From positions 1 through 62,867 of the forward strand of contig JBLNDL010000008.1 in the NCBI GenBank assembly GCA_050261575.1: a DNA stretch of 62,867 nucleotides, given 5' to 3'. How positions within the stretch are numbered: the first letter of the stretch is position 1; every line of letters begins with the position of its first letter. The notes under the pieces were generated by a model. The model searched no databases, was not told where the DNA came from, and saw only the letters and a list, made by a program, of their open reading frames with translations. The translations under genes were made by a program, and so were the position numbers. The DNA comes from Sphingomonadaceae bacterium. GTDB taxonomy: Bacteria; Chloroflexota; UBA6077. This document shows positions 6,326 to 17,282 of the stretch, in pieces.

Positions 6326-8974
6326 TCAGGCGGCGGCCTTCTCCCGATCCGGGTCGACGGCCGGCGCCGCCTGGGCGGGAGGTTGCTCCGGTTCCTCCTC
6401 GGACCGGCGCCCGAAGGGGAGGGAGCGAATCCGCCGTAGGGCCACCTCCACCGGCAGCAGCAGGAGCGCGGTGGCCAGCAGGTGGGGCCACAGGGGCTCC
6501 CACCCCGGGGAGGAGGGCATGCCCGTCCGGCTGAAGGCATCGCGCGGGTCCCGAATGCTTCGCCCGCCCGTCATCGCCGCGAGCTCCTTCAGCAGGGTGT
6601 CGTTGCTCCCCAGCCCCGGGAACTCGGGAGCCCAGGGGACGGCGAAACCGGCCGTCTCCGAGATGGTCACCTGGCCATCCCGAGCCTGGTGGACCTCGAC
6701 CCGGTACACCCCTGGAGTTGCCGCGGAAATGGTCGCCTGGTAGCGACCCGGCGCCGTCTGGCGCAGGGCGACACTTTGCTGCCTCCCCTCGGGGTCCCAG
6801 ACGTCGGCCCGGGTGTCGGTCAGACTGACGTACCGCCCGTCGAGGTCCACGCTGTCCACGGTCAGGATCGTCTCTTGCCCCTCGGTCCGCACCGTCACCT
6901 GGAGGTTGCGGTCGATGGGCGGGGCCATGCTCCAGCGGACTGCCTGGTCCCACACCCGTCGGAAGGTGGGTTGGGAGAGCCACTGGGCGGCCCACATCCC
7001 CCCGGCATCGGAGGTCCAGGCGACCACCCGCCCCAGGCCGTACTGCCATTGCGACAGGAGCGGATCGCCACGCTCCGACTCGAGCACCACCGTGGCCGCG
7101 TCTTTCGGCTTGGTGGCCACGTATCCCGTGAGCGGAGGCATATCCTCTTTGCTCATCCCGCGCAGCACAGGGCTGGGGGACGAGAAGCGCGGATCCACCT
7201 GCCCGTTCACCTCCGCCACCTTGGTCGCGGCGCTCACCTCCCGGTATACGATCCTGGGTACGTCGCTGAACTGCTCCGTGAAGTAGGCGCGGCCGTCTCC
7301 GAGCCCGGCCAGCTCCGACAGCCAATCCCGATCCGCGTCGCCGCCGATCCCGATGGTGGAGAGGGTGATGCGTGATGCCTTGATCCTCTGGAGAAGAGTC
7401 TGGTACGGGCCCTTCCACGACTGCCCATCGGTCAGCAGGGTGATGTGCTTGGTGGTAGCCTGCATCCCCTGAGCGGTGTAGAAGGCTGCCTGCAACGCGG
7501 TGTAGATGTCGGTGCCTCCGTTGGACTGCAGGCTGGAGATGCGGTTGCGGATGTCCTCCAGGTTGTTGCCCACCTTCTGGGGCGGCACGATCCAGGCTGG
7601 ATCGGTGTCGAAGGCGATGACTGCAACCTGGTCCTCCGGCTTCAGCACCGAGGTGGCCTGGATCGCGGCCTCCCGAGCCATGTCGATCTTGGTGACCCCC
7701 TCCAGGGCATCGTCCATGCTGCCCGACCTGTCTACCACGAGGACCAGGGCCATGTCGCCCCGGTCCCGGGAGATCGGCGCCTCCGACGAGACGGGAAGTA
7801 TCTCCTCCAGGAGACCGCCCACGTAGTCGCCCAGACCGTAGCTGGCCCTGCCTCCAACCGTCAGTAACCCTCGCCCCTGGTCTCTCACGTATGCCTGGAG
7901 GGTCTTCAACTGATCCAGCGAAAAGCTGGGACCGGGCACGTCGTTCAGGACGACGGCATCGAATCCCATCAAGAGCGGTAGCTGGCTGGGGAAATCACCA
8001 GCGCCGATCTCAGAGACCTCGAGTCCGGACTCCTCCAGCTCCCGCCTCAGAGAGTCGCTACCCACCGCAGCCCCCTCGACCAGCAAGACCCTTCCCCTCT
8101 GCTTCACCGTCACCCCGCCCGCCGCCCGATTGTTCTCCTCGACGGTGTCCTCCTCGGTCGAAAGCAGCAGATCCACAGAGTGGAAGCCCTGAGGAAGCGG
8201 CTTCTGGGACATGGTGACGAGATTCGCCCCCTTTCCCAGTTGCACGTCCCACTCGCCGCTCTGCTGGCCGTCTACCAGCACGCGGATCCGCGCCGTGGTC
8301 TCGCGGTCGCTGCCGACCACCGCGCTTACGTCGAACCCGTCCCCCTCCCGTAGATAGGAGGGGACCTCCACGGACTCGATCAGCACCTCCGGTAGCCCCT
8401 CCAAGGCCGGCGATTGAACCACATCCACCCGGGTTCCGGCCGGAAGGGAGCGCGCTGTCTCCTCCACCTTGCCGGCGGTATCCCATCCGTCTGACAGCAC
8501 CACTATCCTGCGAAGGCCAGAGGCGGGCAGGAGGCCGGAGGCCAACTGGAGGGCTGCGGACAGGTTGGTGCCATCCTTGAGATCCCCCGTCGGCGCTGGC
8601 CGGTATTCCTTCTCCCCTCCCAGGGGCTTCGTCACCACGGCTTCTCCCGCGAATCTGATGACGGCCGCCCGATCGGTGGATCTCATTCCGCCGATGGCCT
8701 GCCTGACCCACTCATCCTGCTGCGCCCTGGTGGCGGGGGATACGCTGCTGGAGCTGTCCAGCAAGAAGGCCACCGACATGGTGGCATCCTTCAGCGGCAT
8801 GCTGGGGCCTGCCAGGGCCAGGACGACGGCGGCCACCGCGGCCATCCTGATGCCCAGGATCGCCCTCCCGCGCCAGCGGGCCATTAGCGACAGCCTCTCC
8901 CAGCCCAGCAGGTAGATGGCCGGCAGCAGCAGGAGAAGCAGCAGCGCTATCGGGTTCTCCAGCACTAGGGGCAT
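6326..8974 (-). CDS. Membrane-anchored double-vWA protein with central Ig-like and GATase-like domains
   Basis: BatA-like N-term; MIDAS motifs FLLDSSSSV and VVDRSGSM; FDAVVLNDVP...GGRASYGLG; C-terminal TM helix. Confidence 0.85.
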   Translation of the reverse strand: MPLVLENPIALLLLLLLPAIYLLGWERLSLMARWRGRAILGIRMAAVAAVVLALAGPSMPLKDATMSVAFLLDSSSSVSPATRAQQDEWVRQAIGGMRSTDRAAVIRFAGEAVVTKPLGGEKEYRPAPTGDLKDGTNLSAALQLASGLLPASGLRRIVVLSDGWDTAGKVEETARSLPAGTRVDVVQSPALEGLPEVLIESVEVPSYLREGDGFDVSAVVGSDRETTARIRVLVDGQQSGEWDVQLGKGANLVTMSQKPLPQGFHSVDLLLSTEEDTVEENNRAAGGVTVKQRGRVLLVEGAAVGSDSLRRELEESGLEVSEIGAGDFPSQLPLLMGFDAVVLNDVPGPSFSLDQLKTLQAYVRDQGRGLLTVGGRASYGLGDYVGGLLEEILPVSSEAPISRDRGDMALVLVVDRSGSMDDALEGVTKIDMAREAAIQATSVLKPEDQVAVIAFDTDPAWIVPPQKVGNNLEDIRNRISSLQSNGGTDIYTALQAAFYTAQGMQATTKHITLLTDGQSWKGPYQTLLQRIKASRITLSTIGIGGDADRDWLSELAGLGDGRAYFTEQFSDVPRIVYREVSAATKVAEVNGQVDPRFSSPSPVLRGMSKEDMPPLTGYVATKPKDAATVVLESERGDPLLSQWQYGLGRVVAWTSDAGGMWAAQWLSQPTFRRVWDQAVRWSMAPPIDRNLQVTVRTEGQETILTVDSVDLDGRYVSLTDTRADVWDPEGRQQSVALRQTAPGRYQATISAATPGVYRVEVHQARDGQVTISETAGFAVPWAPEFPGLGSNDTLLKELAAMTGGRSIRDPRDAFSRTGMPSSPGWEPLWPHLLATALLLLPVEVALRRIRSLPFGRRSEEEPEQPPAQAAPAVDPDREKAAA

Positions 8975-8980
8975 TGAGGG

Positions 8981-10819
8981 TCAACCTCTCCGAGTGAAAT
9001 AGGCCCACTCAACCGTCAGCAGCCCCAGCAGGAGGACCGCGAAGGCCGGCCACAACTGTGTTCCGGGCACGGGAGCCGAGAAGCCCCGCACCGGCGTGCC
9101 CTGGCCCAAGGGGATGGACCTAGGGGCGACGTCCGACTGGGCCTCGCTGTTCACGTTCACGTGGAAGTTGCTGGCGACCTCTCCCAGCTTGGGCCCCTTC
9201 CACCGGACGGTGTATCGCCCCACCTGCTGGGTCTCTCCGAAGCTGCCGGCCCCCTGGGCGAGCGACAGCTCTCGCCGGGAGCCATCGGGCAGCTCCACGG
9301 TGGCTTCGGCCGCGTCGGCGAGGGGCCTCAGCAGCACGGAGTCTCCAGGGCGCACGTCCTTGGGGAGGTCGAGGGGGTTCAACTCCGCCATCGCGTTGGA
9401 GAGCAGCAGCGGAAATGCCTGCATTCTGGGCAGATCGTACAGGAACCAGTCGAAGTTGAAGATCACGACCCTTCGGCCTCCCAGATCCCCCTTGAGGATC
9501 AACGGACCCGTGGGCCCCTCCACGATCGGCCTGGCCCACTCGGGCGTCTCCAGCCGGACCGTCTGTCCCAACCGCAGGCTCTGCAGATCGACGGCGTCCA
9601 CGAGGGGATCGCCCCGCTTGCTCCGCAGGACCGGAGCCTCGGCACTGCCCGCGGAGGTCACGAAGCCGGGGGCATCGATCGGGGGGTTCATGATGAGCAG
9701 GTCGGCCTGGGGCAGCGGCCGCGGCACGAAGCCGTCCAGGACGACCACGTCGGCGCCCCCGGCCCCTCCGTAGCCGTCGGGCTGCACCGTCGACACCTGC
9801 AGTCCCGGCAGCGTCTTCAATACCCTCTCGATCGGCTCGGGAGCGGCGGAGACGAGCAAGACTTTGCGGGTCTGCGGGATGTCCACCCGCACCTCCGCCC
9901 GGTCGTCGGCCCGGAAGATGTCCTGGCCGCCCAGGGCGAGCGCGAAGGACTGTGTGCCGGGAGGCAACGCGAAGGAGAGTTCAGAGCTGCCACCGGGCGG
10001 TAGCTCCAGTTGCCGGGTGTCGAGGATCAGGCCGTCGGCAGTGGCCGCTGCCGTGGCCTGGGCCGGAAGCTGGGCGTAGTTGGTGATCCTGGCGAAGGCG
10101 GTCCAGCGGCCGGAGTTGTCCAGATCGCGCCTGACGTTCATCGCGGTAATCCCCAGGTTGTCTCCACTGGCCCCGATCGGCCGGAAGTCGACTGGCACGC
10201 CGAGCACGGGGAGTTGGGGGGAACCCGCAAAGCTTCCATCCGACAGAAGGGTCACCCCTCCCAGGCCGCCCGTCTGCTGGATCAGCGATTCCGCCAGTCT
10301 CAGGGCGGCGTTGGCGTCGGCGGTGGCCGCGCCCGGACTCAGGTGGTCGAGAGCGGCCAGGGCCTCGCTCGTCTCGGTACCCGAGGCCATCAACGTCGGG
10401 CTCGGCCCCATCGCCACCAGGCTCACTTGATCTCCGGGCTGCAACTGCGCTATGGCCTGGCGTGCTCGCTGCACCGCAACCGCGAATCGAGAGGGGAAGA
10501 TGTCCGTGGCCTGCATGCCGGCGGAGGTGTCCACCACCACCACCAGGTGGGTTCGACTCTCGGCCGGCAGCGCTGGCTTGAGGAGGGCGATCGTGCCGGC
10601 GAGCGCGGCCAGCAGTTGCAGCAGCATCAGCGGATTCAGGGGGGGTAGGCGCAACCTCTGCCTCGACTCCAGGTCGCGGCGCACGCTGCGCCACAGCATA
10701 GTGCTGGAGACGTGGCGACGGCGATACCGAGACCGCACCATGTAGAGCAGCACGATGGCCGGAATCAGCAGCAGGAACCAGAGGGCCGTGAGGTCGGTGA
10801 CGAGGAAGCGTTCGCCCAT
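8981..10819 (-). CDS. BatA/vWA-domain membrane protein
   Basis: LLLIPAIVLLY...VSSTMLW; VVVDTSAGMQA; C-term LLTVEWAYF. Confidence 0.85.
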   Translation of the reverse strand: MGERFLVTDLTALWFLLLIPAIVLLYMVRSRYRRRHVSSTMLWRSVRRDLESRQRLRLPPLNPLMLLQLLAALAGTIALLKPALPAESRTHLVVVVDTSAGMQATDIFPSRFAVAVQRARQAIAQLQPGDQVSLVAMGPSPTLMASGTETSEALAALDHLSPGAATADANAALRLAESLIQQTGGLGGVTLLSDGSFAGSPQLPVLGVPVDFRPIGASGDNLGITAMNVRRDLDNSGRWTAFARITNYAQLPAQATAAATADGLILDTRQLELPPGGSSELSFALPPGTQSFALALGGQDIFRADDRAEVRVDIPQTRKVLLVSAAPEPIERVLKTLPGLQVSTVQPDGYGGAGGADVVVLDGFVPRPLPQADLLIMNPPIDAPGFVTSAGSAEAPVLRSKRGDPLVDAVDLQSLRLGQTVRLETPEWARPIVEGPTGPLILKGDLGGRRVVIFNFDWFLYDLPRMQAFPLLLSNAMAELNPLDLPKDVRPGDSVLLRPLADAAEATVELPDGSRRELSLAQGAGSFGETQQVGRYTVRWKGPKLGEVASNFHVNVNSEAQSDVAPRSIPLGQGTPVRGFSAPVPGTQLWPAFAVLLLGLLTVEWAYFTRRG

Positions 10820-10825
10820 CAGTTG

Positions 10826-11785
10826 CTATCTCAGCACCTTCTCCCGGCGCAGGCGGTCCAGCAGCAGCCGCTCGACCGGTTGAGAGGTCTCGACCCTCAA
10901 GTAGGTGATGCCCCGGCGCGAGCAAAAGCCCTCGACCTCCTCCAGCCACTCTCGGAGCCACCGGCGGTATCGTCGCAGCGTCGTCGAGTCGATGCTGACC
11001 TGAAGCGCCTCACCCGTCTCCACGTCCTGCAGTTCCAGGTCTCCCTCCAGGGATGGGTTCATCTCCTCCGGACTGAGGACGTGGATCACCACAGGCCGCA
11101 GGGCAGAGCGCGAGAGACGCTCCAGCCCCAACTGGAATCCATCGGGCGAGAGGAGGTCCGAGATCAGCACGGCCACGCCTCGGTGGCTGCCCTGGGCGGT
11201 GTAGGCCGCGAGGGCCGCATCCAGGTTGGTCGTGCCCCCGGGCTGTAGCGCGTTGATCGCACGGACCATCCTGGCCGCGGAGCCGGTGCTCTCCAGCCGG
11301 GCAAGCCGCACGCACTCCTGCCCGTTCAGCACCAGCAGGCTGGCCGAGTCCATGTGGGAGAGCGCGACGAAGGCGAGCCCGGCGGCGACCCGCCGGGTGT
11401 AGCCGAACTTGTCCGGATGGCCCCAGGCCATGGAGCGGCTGGTGTCCACCAGCAGGTGGAGGGTGAGCCGTTCAGGCGCATCGGACAGCTTGACCATCAG
11501 ATGGTCGAGTCGCAGATAGGCGTTCCAGTCCACCCGCCGGAAGTCGTCGCCCGGCGTGTAGCTCCGGTAGTCGGCGAACTCCAGGGCATTCGCCCTCCGG
11601 GGGCCAGCGTGCTCCCCCGTCAACCCGGTGGTGAGTCTTCTCCGCGAAACCAGCGTCACTTTGCGGAGTCTGCTGAGGAAGGTGTCGTCCACTAGCTCCT
11701 GGTCAACGGGCCGGGAGGACGCCGCCGGCCCCAGCGGGGTCTTCAGCCCTCCCCTTCTCTTCAGCAGCCGATCGAACAGCTTCAC
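10826..11785 (-). CDS. DUF58 protein (start uncertain; ORF open to 11818)
   Basis: LEFADYRSYTPGDDFRRVDWNAYLR; LLVDTSRSM; LISDLL. Confidence 0.88.
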   Translation of the reverse strand: MKLFDRLLKRRGGLKTPLGPAASSRPVDQELVDDTFLSRLRKVTLVSRRRLTTGLTGEHAGPRRANALEFADYRSYTPGDDFRRVDWNAYLRLDHLMVKLSDAPERLTLHLLVDTSRSMAWGHPDKFGYTRRVAAGLAFVALSHMDSASLLVLNGQECVRLARLESTGSAARMVRAINALQPGGTTNLDAALAAYTAQGSHRGVAVLISDLLSPDGFQLGLERLSRSALRPVVIHVLSPEEMNPSLEGDLELQDVETGEALQVSIDSTTLRRYRRWLREWLEEVEGFCSRRGITYLRVETSQPVERLLLDRLRREKVLR

Positions 11786-11904
11786 TTTCACCCCTTCTGC
11801 CCTCGACTGGACTTCCAAGAGCTGGAGACCCCCTCTGGCAGATGCTCGCTTTCCTCCCTCCCACTGGGAGGGGGGATCCCCGCCTATCCGCGTCCCCGTG
11901 TCCC

Positions 11905-12897
11905 CTACGCCGCTTCCTCGGGCACCTGCTCGACCAGTTCGTCGATGATGGAGTCCGGCGTGACGCCTGCCAGCTCGGCGTCGAGGTTGGTGATTATCCT
12001 GTGCCGGAGGGCCGGCTTCGCCACCTGCCGAACGTCCTCGTAGGCCACGTTGTACCGCCCATCGAGGAGCGCGCTCGTCTTCGCCGCCAGCACCAGCGTC
12101 TGGGCCGCACGGGGACTTGCCCCGTAGCGCAGGTACTTCCTCGCCATGGGCGGCGCCGAGGGTCGGTCCGGATGGGTGGCGATGGTCAGCCGTACGGCGT
12201 ACTCCATCACGTAGCTGGCGATCGGCACCTCCCGCACCAACTCCTGGGCCCCGATCAGCCAGGCGGCGTCGGCTACCCGCCGGGGTCTCGGCGATTCCGA
12301 GTTGGTGGTGCGCTGCAGGATGTCCACCATCTCCTGAGGCGACGGGTAGTCCACTCGCAGCTTGAAGAAGAATCGATCCAACTGGGCCTCGGGCAGGGGG
12401 TAGGTGCCCTCCATCTCGATGGGGTTCTGGGTGGCGAGGACGAAGAAGGGCTCCGGCAGGGGGTGGGTGGTGTTGCCCACACTGACGCTCCGCTCCTGCA
12501 TCGCCTCCAGCAGCGCGCTCTGCGTCTTGGGTGTTGTGCGGTTGATCTCGTCGGCCAGGACGAGGTTGGCGAAGACCGGGCCCGGCCGGAAGGAGAGCTG
12601 CCGCTGCCCCCCCTCGTCCTCAACCAGCACGTCGGTGCCCACGATGTCGCCCGGCATCAGGTCGGGCGTGAACTGTATCCGGCTGTGGTGGAGGTCGAGG
12701 ACGCCTGCCAGCGTGCGCACGAGCATCGTCTTGCCCAGTCCGGGGACCCCCTCCAGCAGGGCGTGGCCGCCGCACAGCAGGCACACCATTACCCCCCGCA
12801 GGGTCTTCTCTTGGCCGACGATCACCCGGCCCACCTCCTTCTCGATCTCGTGGACGGTCGCTGTCAGTTGGTCAACCTGAGGATTGGTTTCGATCAT
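11905..12897 (-). CDS. MoxR-family AAA+ ATPase
   Basis: LLEGVPGLGKT; RIQFTPDLMPGD; LADEINR; ATQNPIEMEGTYPLPEAQLDRF. Confidence 0.96.
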   Translation of the reverse strand: MIETNPQVDQLTATVHEIEKEVGRVIVGQEKTLRGVMVCLLCGGHALLEGVPGLGKTMLVRTLAGVLDLHHSRIQFTPDLMPGDIVGTDVLVEDEGGQRQLSFRPGPVFANLVLADEINRTTPKTQSALLEAMQERSVSVGNTTHPLPEPFFVLATQNPIEMEGTYPLPEAQLDRFFFKLRVDYPSPQEMVDILQRTTNSESPRPRRVADAAWLIGAQELVREVPIASYVMEYAVRLTIATHPDRPSAPPMARKYLRYGASPRAAQTLVLAAKTSALLDGRYNVAYEDVRQVAKPALRHRIITNLDAELAGVTPDSIIDELVEQVPEEAA

Positions 12898-14522
12898 TGC
12901 CCCCCCGAACCCCCGCTGAAGTAGTCACGAACCGTCGGCCTGCGGTCTCCCGGCACGAACACGTTCTCGGCCGGCACGCTCAACGGACCCTCGGCGCCTC
13001 TCGTGGAGGACGGCCCGGAGTTGGCCCTGCCCTCTCGCAGCACCGACGGCGATTGAGAGCCAGATGCGGGTTGGCCGGGGAACCTATCCCCTATCTGTCC
13101 CTCCACGTCCAGAGGTTTGCCGTCGGGCCCGAGTCTGGGACTCTGCGCTCCCAGCGGGTTCCCTCCTCGGGCGTCGCCGGGGGCTCCACCGGCGGGCGCG
13201 CCGCCGGCCGGGCGACCCAACGAGCCTTCTGACGGAGCGAGGCCGGACCGGAGTTCGCCGTTCGGTGCACCCTGTTGTGGACCCGTCCTGCGTTCACCGG
13301 CCCCTTGCGTCCCCTGCGCGGTGGGGGGTGATAGCCCTCTCTGCTCCTGGCCGGCCTGAACGCCGGGCTGTCCGAGCTGTCTGCTCAGTTCGTCCAGCCG
13401 CCGCCACGTTTCGGCCAGTTCACTCTGGGGAACCACCTGCTCGGCGGCGCGCTGAACCGATTCGGCCAGCCGATCCATGGATTGGACCGTAGAGGAGTAG
13501 TCGCGCTGCTCCAGCGCCCTGGCGGCCTCCCCCTCGCTCCTGGATAGCTCCTCGGCACCCTGACTGCGAGAGGCAGCCCGGTTCAAGGCGTTGGCCAGAT
13601 CCTGCTTGGCCGAGGCCGACAACTGGTCACTCTCCCTGCCCAACTCCCTCATCTGCTCGGCGGCGCGGCCGTAGTCACCCCGGCGCAGGCCCTCGGCGAT
13701 CTCCCTGCCGGCCGCGGTGCCCCTCAGCTCGTCGGCCAGGTCGTCGAGACCCTCCTGGCGGAGGCGAGACTCGTTGGCGACTCGATTCAGCTCGGCGTTG
13801 GCCCGGGAGAGTGCGGCGGAGGCCGCGGCCGACGACAGGGAGCCCACCTGCGCCCGCAGCTGGATCTCGTCCAGCATCCGGCCCACGGGCTCCAGGGCGG
13901 CCGACCTCGCTGGGGGGGGATCAGCTTCCCTGAGGCTCCCAAAGGCGTCCTCTTCCGCAGGACGGGAGGTCTCCTGGAAGGGGGAGGGCAGCCGGATGGT
14001 GGACAGGGGGTTTGGCAGGACCAGCCCACTGCTCACCAGCAGGAGGAGGGTGCCGGTGGCCGTCGCCAGCAGGAGGGCGATGCCAGACTCCCTCTTGGGC
14101 AGGAGGGGGAATGCGCTGGCGATCGGCAGCCCGTCGGCCAGGGCAGATGCTCTGGCGATCTGGAACGGGACGAGCAAGCCGTTCGCGCGCTGGGACAGCA
14201 GCTCGTGGGCGGTGCCCAACTGCTGTTGGAGTCCGAGACTCAGATCCAGGGCGCGAGCGGCCTCGGAAAGCGAGGGGCGCGAGAGGAGGGCGGCGGATAG
14301 GCCGGCCAGGAGAGCGGCACCCGCTGCCATCCAAATCCAGCTTCGCACCGACTCCGGAGCGCGCCATCCGGCGAGGAGGGCAGCCACCAGCGCCACGGCC
14401 AGGGCCACGCAGAGGCTCCGGAGCAGCATGCGGGCGCCTCTCTGCAGCCAAAGCCGATTGCGCGCTGCCCGGAGGCTGTGATTGAGCGGCCGGAGATCGT
14501 GATCCATCGTCTGCGTGGTCAT
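12894..14522 (-). CDS. Membrane protein with coiled-coil and Gly/Pro-rich C-terminus, first gene of the MoxR operon
   Basis: Three N-terminal hydrophobic helices, helical core, C-term VPGDRRPTVRDYF; overlaps moxR start. Confidence 0.75.
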   Translation of the reverse strand: MTTQTMDHDLRPLNHSLRAARNRLWLQRGARMLLRSLCVALAVALVAALLAGWRAPESVRSWIWMAAGAALLAGLSAALLSRPSLSEAARALDLSLGLQQQLGTAHELLSQRANGLLVPFQIARASALADGLPIASAFPLLPKRESGIALLLATATGTLLLLVSSGLVLPNPLSTIRLPSPFQETSRPAEEDAFGSLREADPPPARSAALEPVGRMLDEIQLRAQVGSLSSAAASAALSRANAELNRVANESRLRQEGLDDLADELRGTAAGREIAEGLRRGDYGRAAEQMRELGRESDQLSASAKQDLANALNRAASRSQGAEELSRSEGEAARALEQRDYSSTVQSMDRLAESVQRAAEQVVPQSELAETWRRLDELSRQLGQPGVQAGQEQRGLSPPTAQGTQGAGERRTGPQQGAPNGELRSGLAPSEGSLGRPAGGAPAGGAPGDARGGNPLGAQSPRLGPDGKPLDVEGQIGDRFPGQPASGSQSPSVLREGRANSGPSSTRGAEGPLSVPAENVFVPGDRRPTVRDYFSGGSGGQ

Positions 14523-14756
14523 GCTTTGGCCTCACGGTGGAATGCCGGCTCTCGCAAGCCCATATTCTCCAACCCCTGTTCGACAAGGAAGACTGGAGCT
14601 TCGACCCAGCGTCATGGCCCGTGGGCCGCCGGATGGCGGTGGTGGAAGCCACCGCGGGTCGCTACTAGCTCTTCGGGAGCAAAGCAATAAAGGTGCCATC
14701 GAGGGGGGTGCCGAGGTGCACTTCACGGCGGCAGGCGGCAGGGGGGTGGCTGGAGG

Positions 14757-14834
14757 GCGTTTTCGGCCCGAGGGCTTGCCCTCGGGCCGAAAACGCGAAG
14801 CCCTGCGAGCTGGAACAATCCCAGCCCGCAGGGC
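14757..14834 (-). terminator. Tandem hairpins after the MCP gene; probable terminator plus a perfect inverted repeat
   Basis: 18-bp arms GCGTTTTCGGCCCGAGGG / CCCTCGGGCCGAAAACGC (14757-14796); second hairpin 14800-14834 pairs better on minus and is followed by TTCGCGTTTT. Confidence 0.55.
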
Positions 14835-14874
14835 TCGCATTCTCGGCGCGGCCGCTTCAGCGCCGCACGGCCGG

Positions 14875-17058
14875 CTAGGCGAGCGTGCGGGGCTCCACCC
14901 CGGTAAGGACGGGGCCAGCAGCCTGCCTGCTGCTCCAGTCGTCCCGGCGCCGCCTCATGATGACTTCGGCTTGGGGCTGCTCGTTCAGCTTGAACTGGGC
15001 GACCGCGGCTCGAAGCTCCTCCGCCATGGCAGCTAGCTTCTGGCTTTGGGCCACCATCTCCTGCACCTGGGCGCTCATCTCCTCGGTGGATGCGCTGACC
15101 TCTTGCGCCGAAGCGCTGGTCTCCTCGCTTACCGCCGCGACCTGCTCGATGGCTCTGCTTACCTGCTCGCTGGAGGCGGACATCTGCTCCGTCGCCGCCG
15201 TGGACTCCCCCACGACCGACGCGACCGAGTCCATGATGGTCACCACCTGCCGAGAGGCGGACTCCATCTGCTGGACGGCGTCGGCGATCCGGTTCACCTG
15301 GCCGGTCGCGCCCTCGATGGCGGTCAGGATGCTCTGCAACGCTTTCCCGGCCTCCTCGGCAAAGCGGGCACCGGCCTCCACCTCCTTGGATCCCCGGTTC
15401 ATCGCGTTCACCGCTTCCTGGGTGCCCCTCTGAACCTGCGCGATCAGTTCCGCTATCTCCTTGGTGGAGCGGCTCGATCGCTCGGCCAGCTTGCGCACCT
15501 CGTCCGCCACCACCGCGAAGCCGCGTCCGTGCTCGCCGGCCCTCGCAGCCTCGATGGCGGCATTGAGCGCCAGCAGGTTGGTCTGCTCGGCGATGTCGTC
15601 GATCGTCTCCACGATGGTGCCGATCTGCTCGGAGTACTTGCCGAGATCCTGGATCCGCGCGGCCACGGAGTCGGTGCTCTCCTTGATCGTGACCATCCCC
15701 TGGACGCTCTTCTGCACCGATCCTGCCCCCTGGGCGGCCGCTTGCTGCGCCTCACGGGTCGCGGCGGACACCTCCTGGGATGCCAGGGCAACCTGCCTGA
15801 TGGACCGGCTCAACTCGGAGACCGAGGCGCTGGCGTGCTCGATGGAATTGGCCTGCTCCTTGGCTCCCTGGGCGATCTGGTCGATGGCTCGGGAGAGTTG
15901 CTCGATGGAGGCCGTGGTCTCCTGGATGGAGATCGACTGCTCTTGCGTGCCGCGGGCTACCTGCTGGATGGTCGTGGCGATCTGCTGGGTGGCGAGTCCG
16001 GCTTGGTCGGAGGCCGCGGTCAACTGCTGGCCCGCGTCGGTCACGGCCTCCGCGGAGGCCGTGACCCTGGCGACCATCTCCCTCAGGTTGGCGATCATCC
16101 TCTGGAAGGCGACGCCAAGAGCGTCTCTCTCGGAGTGGGGCGTGACGTTACGGGTGAGGTCTCCGTGGGAGATGGCCTCCGCCACCGCCGCCATTTCACG
16201 CATGTACTGAATCATGTTGGTGAAGGCGACCGCCATCCGCCCGATCTCGTCTCGGGAGGCGACGTGCCGCGACACATCCTGCTCCAGATCGCCCTCGGCC
16301 AGCGCCTGGGCGGCCCGGGTCATCGCCAGCACCGCATTTGCGACCACTTGCGAAATCACCACACCGAGCCCCAGGCCGATCAGGATGGTCAGGCAGAGGA
16401 TGCTCAGCACCATCGTGTTGGCCCGTGTCTCCGCCTCTTGACTCAGCTTGGCCTTTTCCTGGGCCTGCCTCTCGGAGATCTGCTTCAGGGTGCTCACCTG
16501 GTTGTCGAAGCCTGCGACGGCCAGTATGGCATCGCTCAGCCGGGCTGCGGCCCCCTCGGAATCGCCCGTCTTGGCCAGCGCGATCACCTCGTCGGAGGCG
16601 GCCTTGTACTCCGCGTAGTTCGACTTCAGCTTCTGCAGGGCATCTCTCTCAGCTTCCGGCAGATCGCGGGCTTCGTACTTCGCGATGGCGTCGGCGATCC
16701 GCTTGTCGTCCTCGTCCAGCGCCGCGATCCACCTGATCTGCTCCGACAGCTCGTGGGAGTAGGTGATCACGTTTCCCAGGTCCCTCGCCCGTGTGGCGAC
16801 GAGCGCCTGGATCTCGCTCGCCTGGGTAAGCGACTCCACGTCCCTCTGCAGCACCTGGTCGAGGAGGGAGCTCACCAGGTTCAACTGGCTCAGCCCGATC
16901 CATCCGGTGACGCCCATTAGCACCAGGAGGAAGCTGAAGCCGCCGAGCAGCCTGGCCCGTATGGGTATCGGTAAGCCAAGGGCGAAGCGGAACGGATTGC
17001 CCAACCCTTTAGGAAGGCGACTTGGAAGACGACTGGGAAGACCTAAGGGGACGTGCAT
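14875..17058 (-). CDS. Methyl-accepting chemotaxis protein (four-helix sensor, HAMP domains, signalling domain)
   Basis: [38 protein letters not shown]; two TM helices; AAGGAG 7 nt before ATG 17058. Confidence 0.95.
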   Translation of the reverse strand: MHVPLGLPSRLPSRLPKGLGNPFRFALGLPIPIRARLLGGFSFLLVLMGVTGWIGLSQLNLVSSLLDQVLQRDVESLTQASEIQALVATRARDLGNVITYSHELSEQIRWIAALDEDDKRIADAIAKYEARDLPEAERDALQKLKSNYAEYKAASDEVIALAKTGDSEGAAARLSDAILAVAGFDNQVSTLKQISERQAQEKAKLSQEAETRANTMVLSILCLTILIGLGLGVVISQVVANAVLAMTRAAQALAEGDLEQDVSRHVASRDEIGRMAVAFTNMIQYMREMAAVAEAISHGDLTRNVTPHSERDALGVAFQRMIANLREMVARVTASAEAVTDAGQQLTAASDQAGLATQQIATTIQQVARGTQEQSISIQETTASIEQLSRAIDQIAQGAKEQANSIEHASASVSELSRSIRQVALASQEVSAATREAQQAAAQGAGSVQKSVQGMVTIKESTDSVAARIQDLGKYSEQIGTIVETIDDIAEQTNLLALNAAIEAARAGEHGRGFAVVADEVRKLAERSSRSTKEIAELIAQVQRGTQEAVNAMNRGSKEVEAGARFAEEAGKALQSILTAIEGATGQVNRIADAVQQMESASRQVVTIMDSVASVVGESTAATEQMSASSEQVSRAIEQVAAVSEETSASAQEVSASTEEMSAQVQEMVAQSQKLAAMAEELRAAVAQFKLNEQPQAEVIMRRRRDDWSSRQAAGPVLTGVEPRTLA

Positions 17059-17178
17059 GGCATCACTCCTTGCTGATCCGCGAGTTGGCGCGCCGCGCTG
17101 CCGGGGAACCAAGAGCGCCCCGAGCAACCATCCACGGACATGCTCGGATGCTCTCGGGTGCCAGCCAGGGGGCCTCCC

Positions 17179-17220
17179 TCTGCGCCGATCTGCGACATCC
17201 GTGGATCTGCCGGGGTTCTC
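17179..17220 (-). repeat. CAGAT-periodic repeat, copy A
   Basis: Reverse complement matches 19761-19798 at 36 of 38 nt. Confidence 0.85.
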
Positions 17221-17282
17221 TGCAAAGGCCGACGAGGCCACGCCGACGGGAACGCAGTTGCACGCGCTCCCTCCAACGATTC

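Noticed and set aside
14602..14680. Multi-stem fold with a GGAA loop (ZTP or SRP-like)
   Set aside because: Conserved ZTP and SRP nucleotides are absent; such hairpins are expected by chance at this GC content.
16990..17050. [10 protein letters not shown] tandem repeat at the MCP N-terminus
   Set aside because: A short 12-nt duplication in a variable tail; no sign of function.
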